From IMG/VR virus record IMGVR_UViG_3300023179_004149, positions 1-64,000 of that record: a stretch of 64,000 nt of DNA, one strand, 5' to 3'. The position numbers and the translations under genes were made by a program. Shown piece by piece: positions 17,972-27,329 of this stretch. The notes beneath the pieces were generated by a model, which saw only the letters and a list, made by a program, of their open reading frames with translations, had not been told where the DNA came from and did no database searches. How positions within the stretch are numbered: position 1 is the stretch's first letter; each line of letters begins with the position of its first letter.

Positions 17972-18385
17972 TGGTGGAGGTAGGGGCATCGAAGCCCCGT
18001 GTCAAGTAATAGCAAATTAACTTTCATTCACATGTTTATCAACTTTTTCTAAAGGTGAAAAATAAATGGAACTCTATTTGTCGGGGTAACATACCGTGGT
18101 ATGTTGCGCTGTCGTCAATACCGAATCCATTGTCCTGGGTATTGCAACATTTAAACCCCCTCACGCTTTGCAGATTTTAGCGACTGTTGTCGATAACCCC
18201 GAAGGATTAAGCGAATGCAGGTTCTGCAACCTCAACAGGCTGACCGTTGAGAACGATGTCTCCGTCAGCGGTAATATAGCTTGCGCCATTTAACTGTTCA
18301 CATAGGTTATTTAAGTGTTTCCAATGCTAACACTACATGCATCAAATTAAAGAACTAATTTACCGATCAAAACCTGGTTACCCCC
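17972..18385 (-). ncRNA. ssrA: tmRNA with a 26-aa tag (GASYITADGDIVLNGQPVEVAEPAFA*, 18287-18207)
   Basis: 5' GGGGGTAACCAGGTTTTGAT; 3' GACACGGGGCTTCGATGCCCCTACCTCCACCA with G3:U70; UUAAAU just before the GGC resume codon. Confidence 0.9.
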
Positions 18386-18469
18386 AAATTAAAATTATTT
18401 GTTAATTTCTTAGTCACCATCACTGGTGTGCAGTAGCCACTACGTGCAAGTGAATTAACTTCGGCTACT

Positions 18470-18554
18470 TACCTCAGATGGGAGTCGAACCCACACGACC
18501 CTTACGGGTCACAGGTTTTTAAGACCTGCATGTCTACCATTCCATCACCGAGGC
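18470..18554 (-). tRNA. tRNA-Leu(TAA)
   Basis: CAGGT-CTTAAAA-ACCTG; long variable arm. Confidence 0.9.
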
Positions 18555-18614
18555 AGGTGTTTTATAAATAGAGTACAAAAGTAGTAAAACTTTTTGAATC
18601 CTCCAAATGTTTTT

Positions 18615-19202
18615 TTAAGAAAACTTCAAACTTTCTTTTAGGTGGTTTGCAAACTCTCTATTATACAAAGGCGCATTTTCTTTTTTAACATAGTATGTTT
18701 TAAAGTTAACCACACCCTCAGCACATTCTTCACCAGGGATACACAATTGATATTTTATAGCATACAATATCGGTTCGTGTGTATCATATTCCATAACCCT
18801 ATAATTAAGGTTATTTGACTTTATGAGATCATCAACGATTTCTCGTGTTGCCAAAAAATAATAATCCGAATATATTTTATTGTCAACGAACTCAACGCCT
18901 TTTAAAATAATGTCGCCATTATTTGCGATGTGTTCTGTATGATCCATAAAGATCTTTACAGCTCGTATCTTACCGTTAGCGTCACGTTTAACAGAATACT
19001 GCTTATAAGGCTCAATATCGACGTTAAAACCTGGATTGATCTCTTTTACAGCTGACTTAATTTCATCCAAATTTTGGGCTATTATGTACTCGCTATTAAG
19101 TTTATCGGTCTCGGTTATAAAATTCGCCGTTTTGTCCGTAACGCTGGCTTTTATATCACCATCAAGGTCAATATAAAAATCGTTTAACTCATTAATTTCC
19201 AT
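18615..19202 (-). CDS. Hypothetical protein
   Basis: 195 aa ORF. Confidence 0.65.
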   Translation of the reverse strand: MEINELNDFYIDLDGDIKASVTDKTANFITETDKLNSEYIIAQNLDEIKSAVKEINPGFNVDIEPYKQYSVKRDANGKIRAVKIFMDHTEHIANNGDIILKGVEFVDNKIYSDYYFLATREIVDDLIKSNNLNYRVMEYDTHEPILYAIKYQLCIPGEECAEGVVNFKTYYVKKENAPLYNREFANHLKESLKFS

Positions 19203-19413
19203 TATTCAAATCTTTAAATGAGGCCCAGGTTATCCACCCTGTACCGTTACCAAAGTTATGTGTTCTGTTATTATAGAACAGAACTTTACACATTTCGGTC
19301 TTTTCATCAACCTCAAGCACTTTACAACTTGTATTCAATTTTGATGAATTATATTCTTTAGGTGTTTCTGGTTTCATTTTACAAAAATAATAAAAGAACT
19401 TCAAAAAAACAAG

Positions 19414-19484
19414 TACTCCTATTCCGTAACGATCAGAATTCTCATGAGTCAAAGTCATGCGCATCACCTTAATGCTTTAGGAGT
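19414..19484 (-). tRNA. tRNA-Gln(TTG)
   Basis: ACTCCTA/TAGGAGT acceptor; CATGA-CTTTGAC-TCATG; A54-type T loop. Confidence 0.85.
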
Positions 19485-19490
19485 ATATAG

Positions 19491-19561
19491 TAGTGCCTAA
19501 TGGATTCGAACCATTGATACAACTTTCAGAGAGTTGAGTGTTACCGCTACACTAAAGCACT
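19491..19561 (-). tRNA. tRNA-Gln(CTG)
   Basis: CAACT-CTCTGAA-AGTTG. Confidence 0.88.
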
Positions 19562-19567
19562 ATTTTG

Positions 19568-19624
19568 TAGTCCCCGAAGGATTCGAACCCTCACCAAGTA
19601 TGCTTACCGTTACACCAGAGAACC
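19568..19624 (-). ncRNA. Anticodon-armless tRNA-like RNA (57 nt)
   Basis: Acceptor, D arm and T arm intact; D and T arms joined by only ACTTGGT. Confidence 0.65.
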
Positions 19625-19724
19625 ATAGCCACGTAAATCGGATTCCATACCGATATCTTATACCCTCCGTAGGTAGTGTGCAATTTACTCACGTCTGAGT
19701 ATGGATCTTACACTTTTACGCTTG

Positions 19725-19798
19725 TACCCCTAACGGGATTCGAACCCGTAAACTTCTGGGTCTAAACCAGACGACTTTCCCATTTTGCCCACAGGGGT
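19725..19798 (-). tRNA. tRNA with TAG anticodon (Leu) and short variable loop
   Basis: TCTGG-TTTAGAC-CCAGA; 5-nt variable region. Confidence 0.78.
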
Positions 19799-19805
19799 GT
19801 GTTTG

Positions 19806-19887
19806 TGATCGAAGAGAGACTCGAACTCTCAAACCCGAAGGTATGGGTTTCTTAGACCCACGTGTATACCAATTCCACCATTCGACC
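19806..19887 (-). tRNA. tRNA-Leu(AAG)
   Basis: TGGGT-CTAAGAA-ACCCA; long variable arm. Confidence 0.85.
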
Positions 19888-19893
19888 TTATTG

Positions 19894-19967
19894 TGACTTC
19901 TTTTGGATTCGAACCAAAAATCTGAACTTTCGTAGAGTCCTATGCTTATCCGTTGCACCAAGAAGCC
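19894..19967 (-). tRNA. tRNA-Arg(ACG)
   Basis: GGACT-CTACGAA-AGTTC. Confidence 0.88.
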
Positions 19968-20009
19968 AAAAAAAGAAAAAACCCCCAGTCGCTTTGCGTC
20001 CAGGGGCTA
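19968..20009 (-). terminator. Attenuator terminator 3
   Basis: GCCCCTGG...CTGGGGGT plus a long T-tract abutting tRNA-Arg. Confidence 0.85.
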
Positions 20010-20036
20010 AATATTTTTGCTTATCTCTTTTAATTG

Positions 20037-20138
20037 TTAATAACAATCATCATCTTCATAACAAGCAATACTCGCCCCTTCTCTTAGTTGTAAGAGTTGT
20101 AACTGGCGTTGACGTAATATGTTAGTTATGTTTTTCAT
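20037..20138 (-). CDS. Leader peptide 3 (33 aa, MKNITNILRQRQLQLLQLREGASIACYEDDDCY)
   Basis: Manual translation; 12 consecutive L/R/Q codons; AGGGGCGAGTATT pairs with the terminator left arm. Confidence 0.82.
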   Translation of the reverse strand: MKNITNILRQRQLQLLQLREGASIACYEDDDCY

Positions 20139-20172
20139 TTTATATAAATAGTTTAGTTTTTTACAAAAGTTA

Positions 20173-20273
20173 CAATTCATCGGATTATTTTAGAAAATCC
20201 CCGTGGGGACTTTTGGAGTTGAACCAAATTTACAAATTTAACCAAAGTAGTTGCTGGAAATAATCCCGAATTG
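20173..20273 (-). ncRNA. CAGCAA-box RNA with an internal T-loop-like hairpin
   Basis: CAATTCGGGATTATT-TCCAGCAA...TTGG-TTCAACT-CCAA...AATAATCCGATGAATTG. Confidence 0.6.
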
Positions 20274-20340
20274 TTTTACAAAAGTAAGAAGAGTTTTTGA
20301 ATTAAACAAGTCTTTTTAAAAGTTTTTTCAGATATTTTTT

Positions 20341-20961
20341 TTACCACATGCGATTTCTCATTGCGGCCCTATCTTGTATATCAAATAAAGTAAGGTTCCC
20401 ACTTTTATCGTAGCCCAGGTTTCCGTAATTAACATCTGGTGTTCTTATACCCAATTGGGTACATGATCTATAAATTGTTGCGAGATCATCCATGAATTTT
20501 ATTGTTTCTGGTGTCAAAGGCCCTTCTGAACCATCATATTCGTCCTCATCAAATGAGCCCGTTTGTGATATATCGAGTCCTTGGGTTGTTAATATCATCT
20601 CAACGGTTTGAAAAATATCTTCTATCGATGAATCGGTATCGAGTTCTTCCATCACAATATAATAAAGTTTAGGTTTTTCATCACGATACCAACCTCGTGT
20701 ATATATTTTTACTAAACCAGGTAATTGGTGATTTTTAACTTGACTGGCGAGATAGAATTCATTTTCGGAATTTGTAATCTTAAGGACCGTGCCATTGCCG
20801 AGTGAATAAGCATTACCGTATTCACCTTGACCAATCCAATCAACCGAATTGAATTCTATACCTTCATCTCTTAAAAACGTTATTAAATCGTCTTGATCAA
20901 CACTTTCGATCAAAGCAATCATGGTTTTTATTTTTTTGAGTGCCTCGTTTAACTTATTCAT
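20341..20961 (-). CDS. Protein-kinase-like (PKL fold) protein
   Basis: IGQGEYG Gly loop, VLK, YYIVMEEL, D..YGN, LFD. Confidence 0.7.
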   Translation of the reverse strand: MNKLNEALKKIKTMIALIESVDQDDLITFLRDEGIEFNSVDWIGQGEYGNAYSLGNGTVLKITNSENEFYLASQVKNHQLPGLVKIYTRGWYRDEKPKLYYIVMEELDTDSSIEDIFQTVEMILTTQGLDISQTGSFDEDEYDGSEGPLTPETIKFMDDLATIYRSCTQLGIRTPDVNYGNLGYDKSGNLTLFDIQDRAAMRNRMW

Positions 20962-20981
20962 ACTAATAAATATTTATAGTT

Positions 20982-21410
20982 ATGCAAGAATTACTTAACG
21001 AAATAAATAATATTAAAAAATGGATGGTTATATTAGGTGAAAATCTAATAACGGAAGACACTATTATTTTGATGCACAATACCGATAAGTCACCTTATTT
21101 CGGATCAAGATTTGGACAAGATGTTGAACCCGCAGGTTATTACGCCACAAAATATGAGGGGTTTTTAAATGATGGTTGGGAAATTGTTGAGTTGACTTAC
21201 AATAATCCATTAATTGTACCCGTCACGGATGATACGTTGGTTTCATGGAAATATGATTTATCGAATAAATATAAAGCCAAAAAACAAAACCTAAGTAAAA
21301 AATTACTTAGGTTAGGTTATGACGTTATTATAACTCGTTACCCCAATAACGAGACGGGAGAAATTATCGTTTTGGACACAAGTAAACTTAAAAAATTAAA
21401 AACCAGGTAA
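20982..21410 (+). CDS. Hypothetical protein (possible ART-like fold)
   Basis: LMHNT, GYYAT, NPLI and GYD.II motifs; weak. Confidence 0.5.
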   Translation: MQELLNEINNIKKWMVILGENLITEDTIILMHNTDKSPYFGSRFGQDVEPAGYYATKYEGFLNDGWEIVELTYNNPLIVPVTDDTLVSWKYDLSNKYKAKKQNLSKKLLRLGYDVIITRYPNNETGEIIVLDTSKLKKLKTR

Positions 21411-21420
21411 ATTACCTGGT

Positions 21421-21903
21421 TTATTTGTTTTTGTTGTTTATAAACTGTAGAATATCTTTTTTGGTTATTGTTGTTGCCTCTTTAGGGGTTTCTTTTTTAA
21501 CCGCCTCTTTCACTGGTTCCTTTTTTTCAGGTACTTTAGTTGCCTCGGTTAACGTAATTGTATTCATACTTATCGTTGGCTTTTTAAATTCCTGTTCCTG
21601 GATGGTTGCCACAACCTTTTTATCGGCACCAACCACAAAATCAGATGTCCATGGTTCAAAATGCATGTCATCGGCAATAACTTCAAGTCTTAACATTCCG
21701 ATGGAACCCTCATTCAAAACACCTTTTAATTTCGGTAATTCAAATTCGCATAATCCATCCTCATATATTTTCCCTTTGAACAAATAATTCATTTCATTTG
21801 TTTCAAGGATCACACGAGCTTGTGATTTAAGCAATGATGTACCTTCAACCTGGAGATTGCACTGAAATTTGTTGATTTTATCGGTGAATAATTTATAACT
21901 CAT
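21421..21903 (-). CDS. Hypothetical protein
   Basis: 160 aa ORF. Confidence 0.65.
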   Translation of the reverse strand: MSYKLFTDKINKFQCNLQVEGTSLLKSQARVILETNEMNYLFKGKIYEDGLCEFELPKLKGVLNEGSIGMLRLEVIADDMHFEPWTSDFVVGADKKVVATIQEQEFKKPTISMNTITLTEATKVPEKKEPVKEAVKKETPKEATTITKKDILQFINNKNK

Positions 21904-22220
21904 ATTTTAGCAATTACTTTTATTTGTCTTAATTCTTTAATAAATAGTTTAATGTCACGCATTGTTACATCTATTTCCTCTTTTTTTACTTTTTTTTCGT
22001 CTGTTGTATATAAATATCCGTTTTCTTTAATTCTTACCATTAATTTTATTACGGTTTCCTTTTCGTCTTTATTTAAGACCTCCCAAACGTTTCTTCTTAG
22101 TTTACCTCGACCACGGGTTTTGAGAATTTTGGCAATGACACACCCTTCCTTCCATGTTATTTCTAACTCGCTCCATTTATAATTTCCCCCGCTCCAGGAG
22201 ATGCATTCATATTGTGCCAT
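21900..22220 (-). CDS. Hypothetical protein
   Basis: 106 aa ORF, 4-bp overlap with the next gene. Confidence 0.6.
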   Translation of the reverse strand: MAQYECISWSGGNYKWSELEITWKEGCVIAKILKTRGRGKLRRNVWEVLNKDEKETVIKLMVRIKENGYLYTTDEKKVKKEEIDVTMRDIKLFIKELRQIKVIAKI

Positions 22221-22275
22221 ATTTATAATAAATATTCCTTTATTTTAGAAAGGAAATACTTAAATTTTATACGCA

Positions 22276-23871
22276 ATGAATATTTCAGATTTTCTAATAA
22301 AAGACTCATATGATTATGTCTTACAATCGGATTTAACCACGGGTGTTGTTTACCGAATTGGTGGTGATGTTCCAGTAAACCCAACATTTGCGTCTGGTTT
22401 AACGGTTAATGAAAATTTTACATATAAAGATGGTTCGGAACAAAATGGTTATGTATTAACTTCTGACGCTGACGGTAAAGCTTCCTGGAAATCAGTTAGT
22501 GGTGCGGTTAGTGGTAGTAACGGTACATCTGGTAGCTCTGGTGAAAGTGGTTCATCTGGTAGCTCAGGATCTTCTGGTAGTAATGGTGAAAGTGGTTCAT
22601 CTGGTTCATCGGGGTCATCAGGGTCATCAGGTACTTCAGGAACAAGTGGTATAAATGGTATTTCGGGTGGGGCGATTTATTACTTCAATCAATCCGTAAC
22701 CCAAACCCCATATAATGAATTTTCAACATTATCAACCACCGCATCTCAACAAACATCTACAGTCACTATTGCAAAGGGTGCAACATCAACAATTAATTCA
22801 TATTTAACCCCATCAAATATACCAAACGTATCGGTTATTCCGCCAGGTATTTGGTCATTTTATCTGCACACATATAAAGAAGACAGTAACTCATCATTTG
22901 AAATTTTTTGTCGGGTTTATTCAAAAGCTATAGATGGAACTGAAACTTTATTATTTGAAACAGATCCCGCACCAGTAACGAGTATTTCACCAAATCCATC
23001 AATGGTATTAACCGATGTGTATCAGCCAGGGTATTCTATCAATACAACTGATAGAATCATAGTTAAAGTAAGTGCAACCAATACATCTAATCAATCACAC
23101 TCAATTACATTTGTAACAGAAGGTACTGTTCATTATTCTTATGGACAAACAACATTAGGTATTTTTGGTAACTCTGGTTCATCTGGTTCATCTGGTTCAT
23201 CGGGATCATCTGGTTCATCTGGTTCATCGGGATTATCGGGATCATCTGGTTCATCTGGTTCATCGGGATTATCGGGTTCATCTGGTTCATCGGGATTATC
23301 GGGTTCATCTGGTTCATCGGGATTATCGGGATCATCTGGTTCATCTGGTTCATCGGGATTATCGGGATTATCGGGATCATCTGGTTCATCGGGATTATCG
23401 GGATCATCTGGTTCATCGGGATTATCGGGATCATCTGGTTCATCGGGATTATCGGGATCATCTGGCTTAAGTGGTACATCTGGTAGCTCAGGCACATCAC
23501 CAGATATAACGAACGCTAAAATAGGTACTATAACATTTATAGCTGATGGAAGTGGTGGTGTTATTACCACTGGTAGTAAAGGGTATATAACAATACCATA
23601 TAATGGAACACTTTTATCTTGGTATTTATTTGCTGACCAGTCTGGTTCTATATCAATAGATATTAAAAAATGCAATTATAGTACGTTTCCAACCACTACA
23701 AGTATTGTAGCTGGAAATTATCCAAATTTAACGAATCAACAAAAAAACACGGATTCAACATTAACTGGATGGGATACATCATTAAACAGTGGGGATATTC
23801 TTGAATTTGTTATAAATTCAACAATTAGTGTTAGCCACACAACATTACAATTAACAATACAAAAAGCATAA
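22276..23871 (+). CDS. Ser/Gly-repeat virion fibre-like protein
   Basis: Two (SGS/SGL)n tracts separating beta-rich domains. Confidence 0.7.
   Translation: MNISDFLIKDSYDYVLQSDLTTGVVYRIGGDVPVNPTFASGLTVNENFTYKDGSEQNGYVLTSDADGKASWKSVSGAVSGSNGTSGSSGESGSSGSSGSSGSNGESGSSGSSGSSGSSGTSGTSGINGISGGAIYYFNQSVTQTPYNEFSTLSTTASQQTSTVTIAKGATSTINSYLTPSNIPNVSVIPPGIWSFYLHTYKEDSNSSFEIFCRVYSKAIDGTETLLFETDPAPVTSISPNPSMVLTDVYQPGYSINTTDRIIVKVSATNTSNQSHSITFVTEGTVHYSYGQTTLGIFGNSGSSGSSGSSGSSGSSGSSGLSGSSGSSGSSGLSGSSGSSGLSGSSGSSGLSGSSGSSGSSGLSGLSGSSGSSGLSGSSGSSGLSGSSGSSGLSGSSGLSGTSGSSGTSPDITNAKIGTITFIADGSGGVITTGSKGYITIPYNGTLLSWYLFADQSGSISIDIKKCNYSTFPTTTSIVAGNYPNLTNQQKNTDSTLTGWDTSLNSGDILEFVINSTISVSHTTLQLTIQKA
23173..23490 (+). 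repeat. Tandem 9-nt coding repeat (TCTGGTTCA / TCGGGATTA / TCGGGATCA)
   Basis: Directly visible; encodes SGS/SGL units. Confidence 0.9.
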
Positions 23872-23875
23872 AATT

Positions 23876-24115
23876 ATGACTTACAAAATTATTAACGCAA
23901 CACAATATGGTGATTCAATTAATACAGTCGTTGAATTAACAATTGATAATCAGACATCTCAAGTTACGATTGCGCATTTTCGACCAAACTCAGTAACTGA
24001 AATTTATCAAAATATTGAAAACAGAATGATGAGTGAACAGGCCGCATTACTAGCAACGGCAACATGTGGTAACATAATAAATAATATAAAAATTGGTGAA
24101 ATCGTAACAGTATAA
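23876..24115 (+). CDS. Small protein, possible fibre assembly chaperone
   Basis: Sits between two structural genes. Confidence 0.5.
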   Translation: MTYKIINATQYGDSINTVVELTIDNQTSQVTIAHFRPNSVTEIYQNIENRMMSEQAALLATATCGNIINNIKIGEIVTV

Positions 24116-25698
24116 TGGCCACAAAGTACTTTGTAAATGGTGGCGGTGGAGCGTGGAATAACACGTTATCTTGGTCATTAAGTAGTGGTGGTGGTGGTGG
24201 TGCTGGCGTACCAACAGCATCGGATGATGTGATTTTAAATGCGAATAGCCCCGCTTGTACTGTATCAACAACGGCGGGTGTTTGTTTATCGTTTACCGCA
24301 ACCAATTACACATCATTATTAACCGCCAATGTTAACATTACGGTTTCGGGAAATTTAACATTTGGATCGGCAATGACGTTCGCTGGTACTGGTACTATAA
24401 TTGTTAATGCAACAGCTACGTTAACAAGTAACGGTGTTACTGTGGGGTTACCATTAACATTAATTTCGGGTGTATCTACGACCTGGACTTTGGGTGATAA
24501 TTTTACAATGAATAAATTATTCCAGACACAAGGTTCAACAGGTGGTTTAACATACACTATTAACGGTAACATATTAACCTTATTAGCTGGCGCTTCATTT
24601 AATGGTGGTAGCGGATCATCCGCCACCATCACAAATGGTACAACAAATATTGTTATTGCGGGTACTGGTACGTATACTATTGGTAATGGCTCATTGCGAA
24701 ATAATGTAACTATCAACGCCCCAGGACAGATTTTAACCTTTCCAACATGGGTATATAATACAGGAACGCTAACATATACGGCTGGTACTATTAACGGCAC
24801 ACCGACTTGGACTTTTAATGGTTCAGTAACATTAGATACGAGTTCAACGACTATATATGATATGCCTGTTTTAGTTAATATTAGTGCGGCAACGGTCGTT
24901 CTTACGTTACTTAGTGATTTTCGCACATCACGTGGCCTTACATTAGCGGCTGGTGGTAACCTTACAATTAATAATTTTTCTTTTTATATTAGTGGTGGTG
25001 TATTTACACCAAACTCATCAGTATCTGGTACGGCAACAATTATTTTAGGTGGTGTCAATGGTGCCAGCACCGTAACTTGGTCTGGTTCGTCAAGCGTTAG
25101 AACAAATATTACAATTAATACACCTGGTACGGTTACGATATCGGGCACTATTTTATATAGTACGGGTACCTTTACTTATACAGCTGGGGTAGTCAATACG
25201 GTTGGTTCAACAATTAATATTGGTGCAGCAACAACATTTAATACGGTGGGTATGTCGTTTAATAATATTACATTAACTGCGGCCATTACATTAACACTTA
25301 ATTCAACCTTATCAGTAAGCGGCACATTAACTTGGGGTGCTTTATCACAAACATTTACAGGAACAGCGGGATTTAATGTTGGGTCGTTAGTCGTATCAGC
25401 CGTTAACGGTAATTCAGTAACACTTTTAAGTGGTGTTGAATACATCGTTAATAATAATTTTTCAATAGCGTCCACATCAACAAATAGATGGACATTAAAA
25501 TCAAGTAACTCTGGTGTACAAACTATATTTACATTAAAACCTGCGGCATCACAATTAAGTTCATTTGTTACCACCACTGATATTAACAGTAGTAACGGAC
25601 AAACAATTTGGTGCTGGAATATATCGCAAACTAACACAACTAATTGGTATAGTTTGGTACCATCCGCAATGCAAAATTCAGCGATTTATATAACTTAA
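24115..25698 (+). CDS. Thr/Gly-rich beta-solenoid virion or adhesin-like protein
   Basis: GGGAWNN..SWS..SGG..GA.VPT..DDV start and recurring TLTYTAG/GTFTYTAG units. Confidence 0.65.
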   Translation: MATKYFVNGGGGAWNNTLSWSLSSGGGGGAGVPTASDDVILNANSPACTVSTTAGVCLSFTATNYTSLLTANVNITVSGNLTFGSAMTFAGTGTIIVNATATLTSNGVTVGLPLTLISGVSTTWTLGDNFTMNKLFQTQGSTGGLTYTINGNILTLLAGASFNGGSGSSATITNGTTNIVIAGTGTYTIGNGSLRNNVTINAPGQILTFPTWVYNTGTLTYTAGTINGTPTWTFNGSVTLDTSSTTIYDMPVLVNISAATVVLTLLSDFRTSRGLTLAAGGNLTINNFSFYISGGVFTPNSSVSGTATIILGGVNGASTVTWSGSSSVRTNITINTPGTVTISGTILYSTGTFTYTAGVVNTVGSTINIGAATTFNTVGMSFNNITLTAAITLTLNSTLSVSGTLTWGALSQTFTGTAGFNVGSLVVSAVNGNSVTLLSGVEYIVNNNFSIASTSTNRWTLKSSNSGVQTIFTLKPAASQLSSFVTTTDINSSNGQTIWCWNISQTNTTNWYSLVPSAMQNSAIYIT

Positions 25699-25725
25699 AA
25701 AGACCCCAATTTTGGGGTCTTTATT

Positions 25726-26763
25726 TTATTTATTAAATCTATTTAAGGCGTTTGTGCTAATTTGTATTGTTTTTACACACCCAATAAAATCACAAAGTGT
25801 TTTAGAATTTGTATAACTCATAGCAGAACAAAGATAATGTTGAAAATTCTCACACCAGCCTGGTATAGTGTATTCAACTTTTTGATATTTTACAATACCT
25901 TCCGAAGTTTTTATTTTTTTATTTCCCCAGAATTTTTGTACCTCCTTGGTACTCATACCACGATACTTTTTATAAAGAACACCTTGATTCATAAGGTGTA
26001 TCATCGATTCGGTATTATATTCACTTACTGGTAAATAATTATTATTATCTAATACATAATTTTCACCAGCGCTTTCTAATGCTTTATTAAAAATAGAACC
26101 AAGCATAACATAATCAGCACCCAGTGCCAGAGCCTTAATTATGTCAGAATATTTTTTCATACCACCATCAGCAACAATCTTAGCTGGGTTCGTCAAGTTT
26201 AATGATTTGTCATAACATTCTTTGATCAATGAAGCCATCGGATAACCAACACCTGTTTGTTGTGTTGTTAAACAACAACCACCATTACCAATACCCACGC
26301 GAATATAATCAGCACCAGCTTGTGATAAAATGGTATATGTGTCTGGGTTAGCAATATTACCGACCATTAATTGTAGTCTTTCCCCATATATTTTTTTGGA
26401 TTCCAATACCGCATCACGTACAGCTGGCATATGGCCATTTGCAACGTCAATTAAGGCGTAAAACTTTTCACCCTTAATATGATCTTCACCCAGGAATATA
26501 GACCGAAAATCGGTCAGAGAATAGGAGTAAAAGATATCCTCATTCAAAGAGTAATGATGCGGCGTGATAGTACTTTCTCTCGGTAGACAAGCCTTTACAC
26601 CAGCATCAACAAATGATTGGATATTACTCCTGTTAACAACGGTATCCATTGGTGCGGCAAATAATGGTAATTTACTACCATAGTATGGATTTACCTCAGA
26701 ACGAGAATTAATATTGGTTATATCAGCTGGTACTATTAAAATATCATCAAAATCGTATGTCAT
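25726..26763 (-). CDS. IMP dehydrogenase / GMP reductase family enzyme
   Basis: APMDTV, IDVANGH, MVGNIA, RVGIGNGGCCLT, IVADGG, KALALGADYVMLG, YRGMST, SEG; no CBS domains. Confidence 0.88.
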   Translation of the reverse strand: MTYDFDDILIVPADITNINSRSEVNPYYGSKLPLFAAPMDTVVNRSNIQSFVDAGVKACLPRESTITPHHYSLNEDIFYSYSLTDFRSIFLGEDHIKGEKFYALIDVANGHMPAVRDAVLESKKIYGERLQLMVGNIANPDTYTILSQAGADYIRVGIGNGGCCLTTQQTGVGYPMASLIKECYDKSLNLTNPAKIVADGGMKKYSDIIKALALGADYVMLGSIFNKALESAGENYVLDNNNYLPVSEYNTESMIHLMNQGVLYKKYRGMSTKEVQKFWGNKKIKTSEGIVKYQKVEYTIPGWCENFQHYLCSAMSYTNSKTLCDFIGCVKTIQISTNALNRFNK

Positions 26764-27329
26764 TCGTATTTAATATTTAAAAAATCAAAAGTTTTTTTGT
26801 TAAATTCTCCAAATGTTCCTTCGGTAAGTGTTTTAGGTGTTACCCATTTAACAACATGTGGTTCGTCATAATTGATCTCACCGTCAACAAATGCCGTATA
26901 TACGGCACAGGGTTTCATACCACTCTTATCAATACAATCGTGTATCATTTGGAATTTAAGATTAACCAAATCGAGTCCTGTTTCTTCCTTTACTTCGCGC
27001 ACAATAGCCTCAACCGTTGTTTCACCTGGTTCTATTTTACCACCAGGTAGACCGAAGTCTTCATGGTTATGCTTTCGAGATACACCAAGTAATGTACCAT
27101 CATCACCTGGTATTATTGCACATACTGAAAAAGGTATATCCGTATAACCTGGTAAGTCAATAAACCTCTCGAAGTTTTCAGAAAAATCATTTTTTTCCCT
27201 AACCCATATTCTGCCGTCGATAACAGATTCGTACACGACACAATCGATCCAGATTTGACCGATCTTCATTTTGGATTCGTGTAATACTTTGTATTCACCT
27301 TTTGTCTTTAGGTGTCTATATCTTTCCAT
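26760..27329 (-). CDS. DUF1653-like N-terminal domain fused to a NUDIX hydrolase
   Basis: YRHLK...Y.V...VVYES...IWVR; GLPGGKIEPGETTVEAIVREVKEETG. Confidence 0.8.
   Translation of the reverse strand: MERYRHLKTKGEYKVLHESKMKIGQIWIDCVVYESVIDGRIWVREKNDFSENFERFIDLPGYTDIPFSVCAIIPGDDGTLLGVSRKHNHEDFGLPGGKIEPGETTVEAIVREVKEETGLDLVNLKFQMIHDCIDKSGMKPCAVYTAFVDGEINYDEPHVVKWVTPKTLTEGTFGEFNKKTFDFLNIKYE

Noticed and set aside
18096-20125. ORF-track entries 18096-18293, 19716-19961 and 19862-20125
   Set aside because: They overlap the tmRNA, tRNAs and terminator 3.
23173-23490. Possible CRISPR array
   Set aside because: Contiguous 9-nt coding units with no unique spacers; no cas genes in the window.
23105-23675. 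Antisense and off-frame ORFs with MNQMIPII, PDEPD or HLVHRD repeats
   Set aside because: They are shadows of the 9-nt SGS repeat in the real gene at 22276-23871.
24306-25637. Antisense ORFs 24306-24926 and 25176-25637
   Set aside because: They are shadows of the Thr/Gly/Asn-biased structural gene, whose codons seldom create antisense stops.
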